A stretch of 64,000 nt of DNA from assembly GCA_964016885.1 (NCBI GenBank), contig OZ024740.1, forward strand, positions 6,696,001 to 6,760,000, in the 5' to 3' direction. The position numbers and the translations under genes were made by a program. The DNA is from Eledone cirrhosa. Taxonomy: Eukaryota. The notes under the pieces are model-generated. The model ran no database searches. It was not told the origin of the DNA and was given only the letters and a program-made list of their open reading frames with translations. This document shows, in pieces, positions 25,741 through 39,800 of this stretch; the first letter of the stretch is position 1; the number at the start of each line of letters is the position of its first letter.

Positions 25741-26585
25741 CACAAAGACATATCTTTTATGTGCAACAATCAACTATGTTTAACATAGTAATAAATCGAT
25801 AGACTTGATCCATAGATATGTTTTAGGTGCAATAATCAACTGTATCTAACATATAACAGTATTATACGAATCATGTGATGAAACACCCTGAAATATATAT
25901 ATAGACATCATGACAACTTTAATTGAGTAATAAAATATGATCCAAATACCATGCACACATGTTCAGACGTGCCTACACACATACACATACACACAAACAT
26001 ATACACACATATACACACACATACACGTACATGCCTATACATACACACACATATACACACACACAAGTATACACACACATACACACTCAGAGAAACATAC
26101 CCACATATAGAGATACCTTCACACATACACAAATAAACACACAGACACACATATAGCTCTTTATAAAGATGAGATGAAAAACTAAGAAAAATATCAAATA
26201 ATAATCTAGAAATATTAAAATATTAAAAAATAGGTTAAGACCAAAAAAACTGTAAAAGCCTAAAACAGTTTTTCATCTTATGCAGTATTTTATATATATT
26301 TTTTCATCTTAAGGGGGTTTTTAACAGTTTTTTTACATATTTCTTTTGCGAAATGGAATCGTTTCAATTCTGACAAAGCAGAGAAAAACTGGAAAGTTTG
26401 ATTTCCATCATTTCATCATAAGCCCAATCTTTTATTATATATACACACACACATACATATATATGTGTGTGTGTAAATATTATATCACACACATATACAT
26501 ACACATGTATTCAATGTCAATATCTATTTCTCACAAATCTTCCTTGAAAGATATTCTGTGGCAAAAAATATGTTAAAACATCGGT

Positions 26586-27152
<567 letters not shown>

Positions 27153-27436
27153 ATCTGTACCTGTTATGGTAAAGCTAAAGTACCACCGACATATCACTGT
27201 AGAATTATCACAGGAGAAGGATAGGGAAAAACAGTTTTAAGTTAAATATTTACTCTTTGCATACATACATACATACACACACAGATACATACACACACAG
27301 ATACATACATACACAGATACATACATACACAGATACATACATACACACATACTTACATATATACATTCATACATACATACACACACAGATACATACATAC
27401 ATATATACATACACACATAGATACATACATACATAC

Positions 27437-29781
27437 ATGGTGGCTGCCAACTCGTTTTCGAGTACGGCCACTACTTTATATCCATGTAGGAAAACCCCTA
27501 CCGATGCGCTGAACAAGTGTGACTTTTTAGTTCAGCCAGCGACTTGAAAACTATGGTACAAACACTACACTTGTGACAATTATTGACACATAGTGCTGGG
27601 CCCATGGTACCATGTGACGACAAGTGCAGAGAGATCTCCAGATATAAAGCAATGCCTGTGCCGTGAAGCTTTTATAGTGAGAAAAGGCACTGCACAAAGC
27701 CAGTCCCACTCTCTTAACCAAGATGATATCTACCAAAAAGAAGAACAAGTCAACATCATTGGATACCATCAGGGTTGCAGGTGTTATATCAGAGTTTTCC
27801 TTCTCCTAGAATTCTGCCTTGACAAAGGCTAAGGGGTCATTTCTCCCAGTGATTTTGGATGGCCATTGACTCTTAAGAGCTCCTTTGCCCTTTGACAGGT
27901 TTTGTTTTTAGTCCTGCAGGATGTCCAAAGTCACCCTCCTCACCAAGAAACCTTGGTGGGGTTGCCAGTTTAGTCGCCAACGACCCGACCATGAGGCAGG
28001 TTGTACTGGGATACATGTTACCAGTAGCACCAACTGGTGACCTGACATACATACACATATACATACATATTTACATACATACATATATACCTACATACAC
28101 AGATACATACATGCATATATACATACATACCTACATACATACATACTTACATATATACATACATTCATACATACACAGATATGGTGGCTGCCAACTCGTT
28201 TTCGAGTACGGTCACTACTTTATATCCATGTTGGAGAACCCCTACCGATGCGCTGAACGAGTGTGACTTTTTAGTCCAGCCAGCGACTTGAAAATTCTGG
28301 TACAAACACTACACTTGTGACAATTACTGACACATAGTGCTGGGCCCATGGTACCATGTGACGACAAATGCAGAGAGATCTCCAGATATAAAGCAATGCC
28401 TGTGCCGTAAAGCTTTTATAATGAGCAAAGGCACTGCACAAAGCCAGTCCCACTCTCTTAACCAAGATGATATTTACCAAAAAGAAGAACTTGTCAACAT
28501 CATTGGATACCATCAGGATTGCAGGTGTTATATCAGAGTTTTCCTTCTCCTAGAATTCTGCCTTGACAAAGGCTAAGGGGTCATCTCTCCCGGTTATTTT
28601 GGATGGCCATTGACTCTTAAGAGCTCCTTTGCCCTTTGACAGGTTTTGATTTTAGTCCTGGAGGATGTCCAAAGTCACCATCCTCACCAAGAAACCTTGG
28701 TGGAGTTGCCAGTTTAGTCGCCACCGACCCGACCATGAGACAGGTTGTACTGGGATACATGTTACCAGTAGCACCAACTGGATACATACATATATACATA
28801 CATATATACATACATGGTGGCTGCCAACTCGTTTTCGAGTACGGCCACTACTTTATATCCATGTAGGAAAACCCCTACCGATGCGCTGAACGAGTGTGAC
28901 TTTTTAGTCCAGCCAGCGACTTGAAAACTCTGGTACAAACACTACACTTGTGACAATTATTGACACATAGTGCTTTGCCTTTGGTACCATGTGACGACAA
29001 GTGCAGAGAGATCTCCAGATATAAAGCAATGCCTGTGCCGTGAAGCTTTTATAGTGAGCAAAGGCACTGCACAAAGCCAGTCCCACTCTCTTAACCAAGA
29101 TGATATTTACCAAAAAGAACAAGTCAACATAATTGGATACCATCAGAGTTGCAGGTGTTATATCAGAGTTTTCCTTCTCCTAGAATTCTGCCTTGACAAA
29201 GGCTAAGGGGTCATCTCATACATACGTTCATACATACATACATACATACATACATACATACATACATACATACATACACAGATACATACATACATACATA
29301 CATACATACATACATACATACATACATACATACATACATACATACATACATACATACATGGTGGCTGCCAACTCGTTTTCGAGTACGGCCACTACTTTAT
29401 ATCCATGTAGGAGAACCCCTACCGATGCACTGAACGAGTGTGATTTTTTAGTCCAGCCAGCGACTTGAAAACTCTGGTACAAACACTACACTTGTGACAA
29501 TTATTGACGCATAGTGCTGGGCCCATGGTACCATGTGACGACAAGTGCAGGGAGATCTCCAGATATAAAGCAATGCCTGTGCCGTGAAGCTTTTATAGTG
29601 AGCAAAGGCACTGCACAAAGCCAGTCCCTCTCTCTTAACCAAGATGATATCTACCAAAAAGAAGAACAAGTCAACATCATTGGATACCATCAGAGTTGCA
29701 GGTGTTATATCAGAGTTTTCCTTCTCCTAGAATTCTGCCTTGACAAAGGCTAAGGGGTCATCTCTCACATACATACATACA

Positions 29782-29815
<34 letters not shown>

Positions 29816-30000
29816 CATGGTGGCTGCCAACTAGTTTTCGAGTACGGCCACTACTTTATATCCATTTTGGAGAACCCCTACCGATGCGCTGAACGAGTGT
29901 GACTTTTTAGTCCAGCCAGCGACTTGAAAACTCTGGTACAAACACTACACTTATGACAATTATTGACACATAGTGCTGGGCCCATGGTATCATGTGACGA
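27437..30000 (-). mobile_element. Five co-oriented copies of a ~610-bp non-autonomous RTE-related retroposon separated by (CATA)n
   Basis: Copies 27437-28045, 28181-28781, 28814-29217, 29358-29766, 29817-30000; shared 3' end with ACTCG-AAAA-CGAGT hairpin and (TATG)n tail; variable 5' ends. Confidence 0.8.
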
Positions 30001-30044
30001 CATATATACATACATATATACATACATACATACACAGATACATA

Positions 30045-30970
30045 CATAAAGCCTGATATAAATCTCTCACCCAGAGAAATCGGAAGATCCTATTCAATGT
30101 TCAAACAAGATGAAAAAATTGACCAATTTACAGAAAAAGTTGTGCATGGATACTTGAGACGTAAAACACAGACCATAGAGGGGATAAACCACTCAAAAAG
30201 CCTGGCATGGAGTTTCGACAAGTTTATGACATCACACCTGGAGGGATATCTCTACTAAGAACGCCCTACCAAATATCTGCTGCACAAAAGGGGAGGGCCA
30301 TCAGCTGACAATAAATGTAGGCTATGTAAAACAAAGATCGAGGATGTAAGCCACATTGTTCCCAGCTGCGAAAGCATGTAATCTCGCTACTACCTCCCCA
30401 TGAGACACGATGGGATAGCTAGAACCATCTGGAACGCACTTGGGAAAACAAAATTAACAACAAACGAGGAAGAATATATTGAGACAGATGGTACAAAGGA
30501 ATACTGGTGGAACCTGAAAAAAAAAATGCCACCAAATTAAAGCACAACCGGCTTGATATTGTTGTTTGGGACCACACATTGAAAACGTGTTCTGTTGTGG
30601 AGATCAGCTGCCCACTTGTGGTAAACGTTGTCAGAAAAATAGTGGAGAAGGAGGACATCTACGGACCATTGATGAGGAGTTTACAAATCCAGTATCCAAG
30701 AAAGACCTTTAGCTTCATACCTATCATTATTGGAGCTATGGGTTATATACCAACCCGCTTGGACCAAAGTATGACTGGACTTGGATTTGCGGACAAAGAG
30801 CGCAGCTCCCTAATTCATAGTCTACAAATAGCTGCGATAGCTGGCACCTTCAAAATTTGCAAAACATTCTTGCGATTCAAGGGATGAGAATTTCTTTTCT
30901 TTTACAACCTTGCCACCAGGAAGGTGGCCGGTGAAAAAAATATAGTCGAAATTAAGAGAAAGAGATAACA
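30045..30970 (+). mobile_element. R4/Dong-like family 2, 3' fragment
   Basis: CRLCK..HIV..C, RHD, RLDIVVWD..EISCP RLE domain; homologous to 37430-38150. Confidence 0.85.
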
Positions 30971-31727
30971 TACACAGATACATACGCACATATATACATA
31001 CATATATACATACATACATCGTCAACGCGTGGGAGACTATTTATTAAATTTAAGATGAATATTATCTCCGACAGTAATGCCACAACTACAGTCAGGTTGA
31101 ACAACTGGTTATTCTTCTAACTATCCCTTCTGAAGACACCTTTTATTCGAATTCGTAGAGATATCCGACTAAATACATAACTCATTTTACAAGGATTTAC
31201 TACAAACTGCATGGCTGAACACATCATCAACAACAAAATTAAGGAAGTACCGAAGACAAATAACAAGGAAGGTAAACAAACTTTATTCAGTTGTAGCTAC
31301 AGAGAAAACCGAAATTATAAATCGCATTTCTCTTGGAGTTGCGAACTTAATAATGATTTGTTTAATTGTTATAAGACGGCAAAAAACAATCCCTCCATTG
31401 GCTATATGAACAGAATGAAGCTACACTGGGACGAAATGCACCCAGAGCTAAATTATTTCACAGCAAAACAATTACGCCAACAAGCGACGTTTGTTGAACT
31501 TAAAAATAAGATAAATATTATTAATTGTAAGTCCCTCACAACAAACATGGAATCAACAACACGTTGTACAGGTCGCCATGCTACTAGACTTCCTAGAAGC
31601 CAGGTCGAACAGCGCCTTGAAACAACTATGCCTGTAAGAAAGTTGACACCACCTGTACCATCTAAGTCTACCTCGAATGCTGGGGAAAACACTATCGATA
31701 AGAATAATAATCGAAGAAATAATAATA

Positions 31728-31910
31728 ATTGTTTCTATTTTAGGCACAAGGCCAGCAATTACCCAGTACATTACTGGTACTTTATTTTATCGACTCCGTA
31801 AGGATGAAAGGCAAAGTTAACCTCGGCGGGATTTGAACTCAGATCATAAAGGGACGTAACCCTATGCTTCAAAGCATGGTGTCCGATTCTCTACCGATAC
31901 TGCCAATCAT
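31728..31910 (-). mobile_element. tRNA-SINE inserted in R4 copy B
   Basis: Full family sequence with A box (TGGCAGTATCGG) and B box on the minus strand. Confidence 0.85.
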
Positions 31911-32580
31911 CCACGTGTACCATCCGAATCTACCTCGACAGTTGTCGATAATACTATCGATAATGATAATAATCAAAAGTATTAACAATTGAAATTTTCC
32001 CCCAACGAAATCTTCCAGAGAGAAATTAATTCATGTATAAATATCTCTCTTGATGGACGTATTAAAACAACAATGTTTATTAAAATAAACAAATAATGAA
32101 ATATTACGTGTTATTGACGAAATAGGGGATGAATATTTACGACGGATAAAAACCCCAACATTTTGGCAAATCAACGCCTGTTTATATGCCTTAGCAATGA
32201 CAGTGAAGAATTATCTTGGTGATAGCAGAGATATTAACAAGAACAAAACACCACCAAAAATACCATCATATATAACTAAAATAGAAAAAAAGAGTGCTGA
32301 CCTACGAAAAAACATAAGACATGTGACAATGCTCCTTACATGCAAACAAACACAAAAAACCTCACTCCTCACCAACAAAGAGTGAAAAATAAAATAGAGA
32401 CGATGTTTGGTAACAGTAGAACCAGAACTCTCCAATATAAGCTGATCACCCTCAAACAAGAATTGAAAGCTGTTAGCGAAAAACGCCGATACCTGAAGAA
32501 TGTAGATGAGAGAAAAATCCTTAATAAAAGATTTAGACGAAACCAAACATCAGTTTATAGAGATATGAAGGGCAAAATAA

Positions 32581-32892
32581 TTGTTTCTACTTTAGGCACA
32601 AGGCCAGCAATTACCCAGTGCATTACTGGTACTTTATTTTATCGACCCCGTAAGGATGAAAGGCAAAGTCAACCTCGGCGGGATTTGAACTCAGATCGTA
32701 AAGGGACGTAACTATGCTGGAAAGCATGGCGTCAAACCCTCTACCAATACTGCCAATCCACCGCCCTTTGAAGGGCAAAATAATAAGTGTCACTGAGGCC
32801 CCATCCCAGAAAGACATAGATTCCTTTTGGAGAAGAACTATGCTGGAATGCATGGCGTCAAACCCTCTACCAATACTGCCAATCCACCGCCC
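32581..32892 (-). mobile_element. tRNA-SINE with TSD (TGAAGGGCAAAATAA) and a secondary 126-bp tandem duplication
   Basis: TSD near 32566, 32769 and 32895; CTATGCTGGA repeated at 32712 and 32838. Confidence 0.85.
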
Positions 32893-35624
32893 TATGAAGG
32901 GCAAAATAATAAGTGTCACTGAGGCCCCATCCCAGAAAGACATAGATTCCTTTTGGAGAAGAATATGGGGTGAAAAGAAGAATTTCAACCAAGATGCAGT
33001 GTGGCTAAGAGAAATCCGAAAGAACTATTGCTCTTACACTACAACAAAAACATACGAAATAAGTGAGGGTACCCTTGAGACTGTGATAGGAAAACTCCAA
33101 GATAAGAAAACACCAGGAATAGACATGATTGTCGGCTACTGGTACAAAAAACTAATATTCTATCGGAGGTATCTTACTGACCTCTACCAACAAGTTCTTA
33201 AGGGAGATACACTTATACCAGAATGGTTGACATTAGCACAAACGTTACTGGTCCCCAAGAACAAAGACACCCACTTGGCAAAAAATACCGACCCATTGCA
33301 TGCCATAACCTGATGTATAAGATGTATACAGCCTGCCTGAGCCTATTTCTCCAAGATCACTGTGAAAATAATAACATCATCACAGATGAACAAGGAGCTG
33401 GAAAGAAAGGGGTTTGGGGATGTGCTGAACAACTCCTAATCAACAAAACTGCGATGTCGGAGGTGCGACAACTTAGGAGGAATATGACTACAGTCTGGCT
33501 GGACTACAGGAAAGCTTTCGATTCTGTTCCCCACTCTTGGATGATAGAGGCCCTCCAACTTGCTAAAGTCCCAGACATTATTGTCAGAGCCATAGAGAAG
33601 CTGTCTTCTTCTTGGGTTACTCTCCTAAGGTTAAAGACAGAGAGGGAGGACTCTATTTTCACTGATAAAATAAAATATTGCAGGGGTATATTTCAGGGGG
33701 ACAGTCTCTCTGTGATATTGTTCATCTTGTCATTAAACCCCTTGTCCTTTCTGCTCAAGAAATGTGAGGGATACATCATTGGCTCACAGGAGGACAGAAA
33801 TAAGAACCTAACACATAAATTCTTTGTGGACGATCTGAAACTCTATGCCAAGAACATGGATGGGATGAAGAAAAATCTTGACATGGTTACAACGTTCTCA
33901 AAGGATATAGGAATGGACTTTGGCCAAGATAAATGCTCATACATGACTGTAAAGCGGGGAAAAACAACAACCAAATCTAACAACATTGTCATCAATGGCC
34001 TAACTGTTTCACTGATATCTGATGAGGACTGCTACAGATACCTGGGGATAGATGAGAACATATCCTATAATGGTATCTGTAATAAAGAACACGTAACCAG
34101 GAAATACTACACCCGATTAAGAAAGATCTGGTCATCGGAACTCTCTGCGTAAAACAAAACAGTGGCTCACAGTGTGTTTGCTGTTCTTGTCCTAACACCA
34201 ACGTTTGGAATACTCAATTGGGCGATAGACGAAATCTGAGCAGTTGATGTTGGAACTCGAAAAATACTGGACAACACCGGAAACTTCCACATCAACAGTG
34301 ACATAGACCGCCTTTACTTGAAACGTAAGCAGGGAGGCAGAGGGCTAACATCAGTCCAGACAACATTTGAATGTCGCATCATATCTCTCCGACATCTACG
34401 AACCTCGAAGCGTAGGAGTCCGTTTCTCGAGCAAATCTATCTGCATGAAACAGATAAGATCATGAGAGTTGGGAAGGAACTCCTCGAGAGATATTCCCTG
34501 TGTGATAATCTAAAACTCACACCCAGAGATGTCGCTCAGCAGTATTGCAGTGAAACCATGGATGAAAAACTGCATGCCTATCAGCAAAAAATCATGCATG
34601 GATATGTTGCCAGGGAGCTCCAGAGTGAGAGTAATATAGATAAGGAAAGTAGTCTATCTTGGACCAACAACCGCTATATTGGCTCCCACTTTGAAGGATA
34701 CGCTTTTGCAATCGAAGAACAGGAGATTAACACAAAATACCTGATTCACAAAAAACATAGGGATGCAGGCAAAACACCTAGATGTGATTACAAGTGCAGA
34801 CTCTGCAGAAATAATATCGAGGATATCACCCATGTCATCAGCAGCTGTCCAAAGATACATCGCGGTACTATCTACCTATGAGGCATGATGTAGTGGCCAA
34901 AACACTGTACAATGCAGTTGTAAAAAAGATAGCCCCGATAATAAATACATTAATAGCTACAGCAATGTGGAAGACATCCATGTACATAATATGAAAGAGT
35001 ACTGGTGGACTGTTCCAGTAAAAACCCCAATAAATTGCAGGCATAACAGACCAGATATTATGATATGGCACAGGGAGAAGAAAGCATGCACAGTAGTAGA
35101 AATTAGCTGCCCAGCAGATGCCAATATAATATCAAAGATTAGCGAAAAGGAGAATATTTATGCAGAACTGATGAGAAATCTGCAGATACTCCATCCTGAT
35201 TACACCTTCAGATTTATGCCTGTGATTATTGAGGCACTGGGGTATGTTAGTAACTGCCTCAATACAAATCTTGAGAACCTAGGCTTCACAGGAACAGAAA
35301 GAACACAACTAGTTAGGAAATTACAAGTACAATCCATTAATGGAACAGTAAAAATATGTAAAAGATTCCAAAAATTTAGCATCTAATAACTGCATATACA
35401 CATGTACAGATACAAAGCATATACACATGCACACATACAACTCAAAACATACACATCCACACATACAATAACATCCATATCTACACATACAGACATACAT
35501 ACATATCTACCTAGTTGATGTGTAAAATCCAATGAGAGAGTCTTGTGTCTATGTTAGAAACCGACTCTCTCTCTATTGGGAAAACTTTGTGAAATTATAA
35601 AACAAGAAGAACATACATACATAC

Positions 35625-36202
35625 ATGGTGGCTGCCAACTCGTTTTCGAGTACGGCCACTACTTTATATCCATTTTGGAGAACCCCTACCAATGCGCTGA
35701 ACGAGTGTGACTTTTTAGTCCAGCCAGCGACTTGAAAACTCTGGTACAAACACTACACCTGTGACAATTATTGACACATAGTGCTGGTCCCATGGTACCA
35801 TATGACGACACGTGCAGAGAGATCTCCAGATATAAAGCAATGCCTGTGCTGTGAAGCTTTTATAGTGAGCAAAGGCACTGCACAAAACCAGTCCCACTCT
35901 CTTAACCAAGATGATATTTACCAAAAAGAAGAACAATTCAACATCATTGGATACCATCAGGGTTGCAGGTGTTATATCAGAGTTTTCCTTCTCCTAGAAT
36001 TCTGCCTTGACAAAGGCTAAGGGGTCATTTCTCCCGGTGATTTTGGATGGCTATTGACTCTTAAGAGCCCCTTTGCCTTTTGACAGGTTTTGTTTTTAGT
36101 CCTGCAGGATGTCCAAAGCCACCCTCCTCACCAAGAAACCTTGGTGGGGTTGCCAGTTTAGTCGCCAACGACCCGACCATGTAGCACCAACTGGTGACCT
36201 GA
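35625..36202 (-). mobile_element. Sixth copy of the RTE-related non-autonomous retroposon
   Basis: Homologous to 27437-28045 with a ~28-bp deletion near its 5' end. Confidence 0.85.
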
Positions 36203-36427
36203 CATACATACATACATACATACATACATACATACATACATACATACATACATACAGACATACAGACATGCATACACACATAATACATACATACATACAT
36301 ACATACATACATACATACATACATACATACATACATACACACACACACACTTGCACACATGCATACACACATACATACATACACATATACATACACAGAT
36401 ACATACATACACACATACATACATACA

Positions 36428-38151
36428 GAAACATGACTGTGTTGTGGCTGGACTATCAAAAGGCATTTGATAGTGTACCTCATGGGTGGATTGTTAAGGC
36501 TTTACAGTTAGCCAAAGTCCCACAACCACTGGTAGCTTCTGTTGAACGTCTGACCAAGAACTGGTACACCAATTTGATCCTTAGAGGTGAGAAGGAGCAA
36601 GTTAAGACTGATAAGATACATTACCAGAAGGGCATCTTTCAGGGTGATAGCTTGTCAGTGCTACTCTTTGTTCTCTCCCTAAATCCACTATTTTACCTAC
36701 TCAGGAAACAAGGTGGACAAAGAAGTGGGTTCAGAAGTATCTCCCATCTTTTCTTTGTTGATGACCTGAAGTTGTATGGGCCAAATATCAATGACATCAA
36801 GAAACAATTGGACCTCATTACATAATTTTCAACAGACATCAAAATGAAATTTGGTGAGTCCAAGTGTGCATATTTGGCAGTAAAACGTGGAAGAGCTGTG
36901 CCCTCCTCTAGAAATCTAGAGATGAACGGCCTGACAATACAACCTCTACAGTCAGGTGACAACTACAGATATCTTGGACAGGATGAGAATGTCAGATATG
37001 ATGGACCCATAAATAAGGAGAGAACCAGAACTGAATACCTCAGAAGAGTAAAGAAAATATGGTCATCAGAACTGTCAGTGTACAACAAATACATTGCCCA
37101 CAATACTTATGCTGTACCAATTCTAACGCCAACATTTGGCCTGCTGAACTGGTCATTGCAAGAACTAAGTGAGATGGATGTTAGAACTCGCAAACTTCTC
37201 AGTGTTACTGGGAACTTTAACATCAATGGTGATGTGGATAGGCTATACTTCTCACACAAGGAAGGTGGCCGGGGTCTAAAATCTATATTAACATCATATG
37301 AGACCCGGATAGTAACACTGAAGCAGCATCTTCAACAGAGGAAAAAGGTTGGCAACCATCTTGCCCAGGTTTATGAGCATGAAAAAAAAATATCATTAGA
37401 ATAGCCACTGATTTGGAGGAGAGATATGGAATAAAGCCTGATATAAATCTCTCACCCAGAGAAATCGTAAGATCCTATTCAATGTTCAAACAAGATGAAA
37501 AAATTGACCAATTTACAGAAAAAGTTGTGCATGGATACTTGAGACGTAAAACACAGACCATAGAGGGGATAAACCACTCAAAAAGCCTGGCATAGAGTTC
37601 CGACAAGTTTATGACATCACACCTTGAGGGATATCTCTATGCAATACAGGAACAAGAACTCCCTACCAAATATCTGCTGCACAAAAGGGTAGGGCCATCA
37701 GCTGACAATAAATGTAGGCTATGTAAAACAAAGATCGAGGATGTAAGCCATATTGTTGTCAGCTGCGAAAGAATGTAATCTCGCTACTACCTCCCCATGA
37801 GACACGATGGGATAGCTAGAACCATCTGGAACGCACTTGGGAAAACAAAATTAACAACAAACGAGGAAGAATATATTGAGACAGATGGCACTAAGGAATA
37901 CTGGTGGAATCTGAAAATAAAAACTGCCACCAAATTAAAGCACAACCGGCCTGATGTTGTTGTTTGGGACCACACATTGAAAACGTGTTCTGTTGTGGAG
38001 ATCAGAACAAATGGCTGCGATAGCTGGCACCTTCAAAATTTGCAAAACATTCTTGCGATTCAAGGGATGACAATTTCGTTTCTTTTACAACCTTGCCACC
38101 AGGAAGGTGGCCGGTGAAAAAAATATACTCGAAATTAAGAGAAAGAGATAA
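36428..38151 (+). mobile_element. R4/Dong-like family 2, 5'-truncated with an internal deletion in the RLE domain
   Basis: WLDYQKAFDSVPH, GIFQGDSLS, FFVDDLKLY, GGRGL, CRLC, RHD, RPD; flanked by (CATA)n. Confidence 0.88.
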
Positions 38152-38278
38152 CATACATACATACTTACATACATACATACATACACATATACATACATAC
38201 ACACATACATACATATATACACACATACATACATAAATACGTATTACACACATATACAAACACATATTATATATGAAA

Positions 38279-38354
<76 letters not shown>

Positions 38355-38480
38355 CGGTGATGATGATGATACATATATACATATATGCTTACACAAACAG
38401 ACATACTTACAAATATATACATATATATATATATACACACCTACATATGTACACACGTACGTATATAGACACATACATAT

Positions 38481-39437
38481 ACTAGACATGAAAAATGCGC
38501 AAGCTCAAAAGTGCCACAGAATGTTATAATAAACCTTCAAAAGTGTGGGACTAGAGTTGTTGCTAAAAAATATTGTAATCATTATATATCGTACATTCTG
38601 TGGCATCCTTTATAAAAATAGCTTAAACCAACGAAGCCTTTATTTTTACGCTATTTCACTTAGTTAATTCTTAGAGTGTAACATATAAAAATATGATTTA
38701 CAACTATAAAATAAATTAATTAATATAATAACAGAGCTGCGGAGCTGAAATTTAGGAAATAATGGAGTATCGGATCCTGAGTTGGAGCCAGTCAATTTTT
38801 GACCGACTCCGCAGCCCTGTATAATACATTTCATATTAAAGTTATTAATAAACCTATTTTACACTTCATGCAAATTACCACGAGATATTGATATTAGATA
38901 TAAGATACAGCGCAATATCTACAGCTGTAAAAATACGAAAGCGAAGTAATAATAAGTGGCTTAAGGTAATTCCAATATGAAAGTTTGTAGTGATAAAAAT
39001 TTGATAATGCAATACGATTGTTAATATTATAGTTCTATGAAAATGTAACAATAGATAACTAAATTATTTTACTATTAGTATATTTAAGAAATTATCATTA
39101 TAGATTTGATCGTTCATATAAGCATCATATTAAGTTTCAACACAATTATTTTGTTACTATGAGTATATGATAATAATATTACGTAATTATTTATAGCTGT
39201 TATTACATTAAACATAGATGTATTTATTTTTATATGTTACACTCTAAGAATTAACTAAGTGAAATAGCGTAAAAATAAAGGCTTCGTTGGTTTAAGCTAT
39301 TTTTATAAAGGATGCCACAGAATGTACGATATATAATGATTACAATATTTTTTAGCAACAACTCTAGTCCCACACTTTTGAAGGTTTATTATAACATTCT
39401 GTGGCACTTTTGAGCTTGCGCATTTTTCATGTCTAGT
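38481..39437. mobile_element. Non-autonomous fold-back DNA transposon with ~210-bp near-perfect TIRs (ACTAGAC...GTCTAGT)
   Basis: About 38481-38693 is the reverse complement of about 39224-39437; AT-rich non-coding interior; no clear TSD. Confidence 0.88.
38732..38819. mobile_element. Tiny hAT-like MITE nested in the fold-back element
   Basis: Imperfect TIRs CAGAGCTGCGGAG / CTCCGCAGCCCTG. Confidence 0.6.
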
Positions 39438-39497
39438 TTAATATTTTTTTAAGGCAACGCTTGTAATAACTCTAGTTAAACAGGATATATATTAATA

Positions 39498-39800
39498 ATT
39501 GTTTCTACTTTAGGCACAAGGCCAGCAATTACCCAGTGCATTACTGGTACTTTATTTTATCGACCCCGTAAGGATGAAAGGCAAAGTCAACCTCGGCGGG
39601 ATTTGAACTCAGATCGTAAAGAGACGTAATAGTGTTTCTATTTTTCGGCACAAATCCATTACGGCAGTCCATTACTGGTACTTTATTTTATCGAATTAGT
39701 AAGTATGAAAGTCGAAGTTAACCTCGGCAGGATTTGAACTTAGAATGCAAAGGACCATAACAATACTGCAAAGCATGGTGTCTGACGCTCTACCAATACT
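39498..39800 (-). mobile_element. Two tandem tRNA-SINE copies
   Basis: Family body and B box present twice (about 39498-39630 and 39633-39800). Confidence 0.85.

Larger units (their letters stand above)
31020..35610 (+). mobile_element. R4/Dong-like family 1, copy B (near full length, disrupted, carrying two SINE insertions)
   Basis: N-terminal ORF from 31211 (GYMNRMKLHWDEMHPE), then RT, zinc finger and RLE as in copy A; 3' UTR hairpin GAGAGAGTC/GACTCTCTC; flanked by (CATA)n. Confidence 0.88.

Noticed and set aside
26350-26410. CTGACAA-AGCAG..CTG-GAAA hammerhead-like motif
   Set aside because: The core is mismatched, and stem III and the cleavage triplet are not convincing
31020-31140. HDV-like ribozyme expected at the 5' end of the R4-like element
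   Set aside because: I could not assemble consistent P1/P2/P3/P1.1 pairings by eye; a descriptor search is needed
27551-36020. Repeated ~79-80 aa ORFs (MLGPWYHVTT... and MVSNDVD...)
   Set aside because: They are incidental frames within a multicopy non-autonomous retroposon and show no recognisable domain
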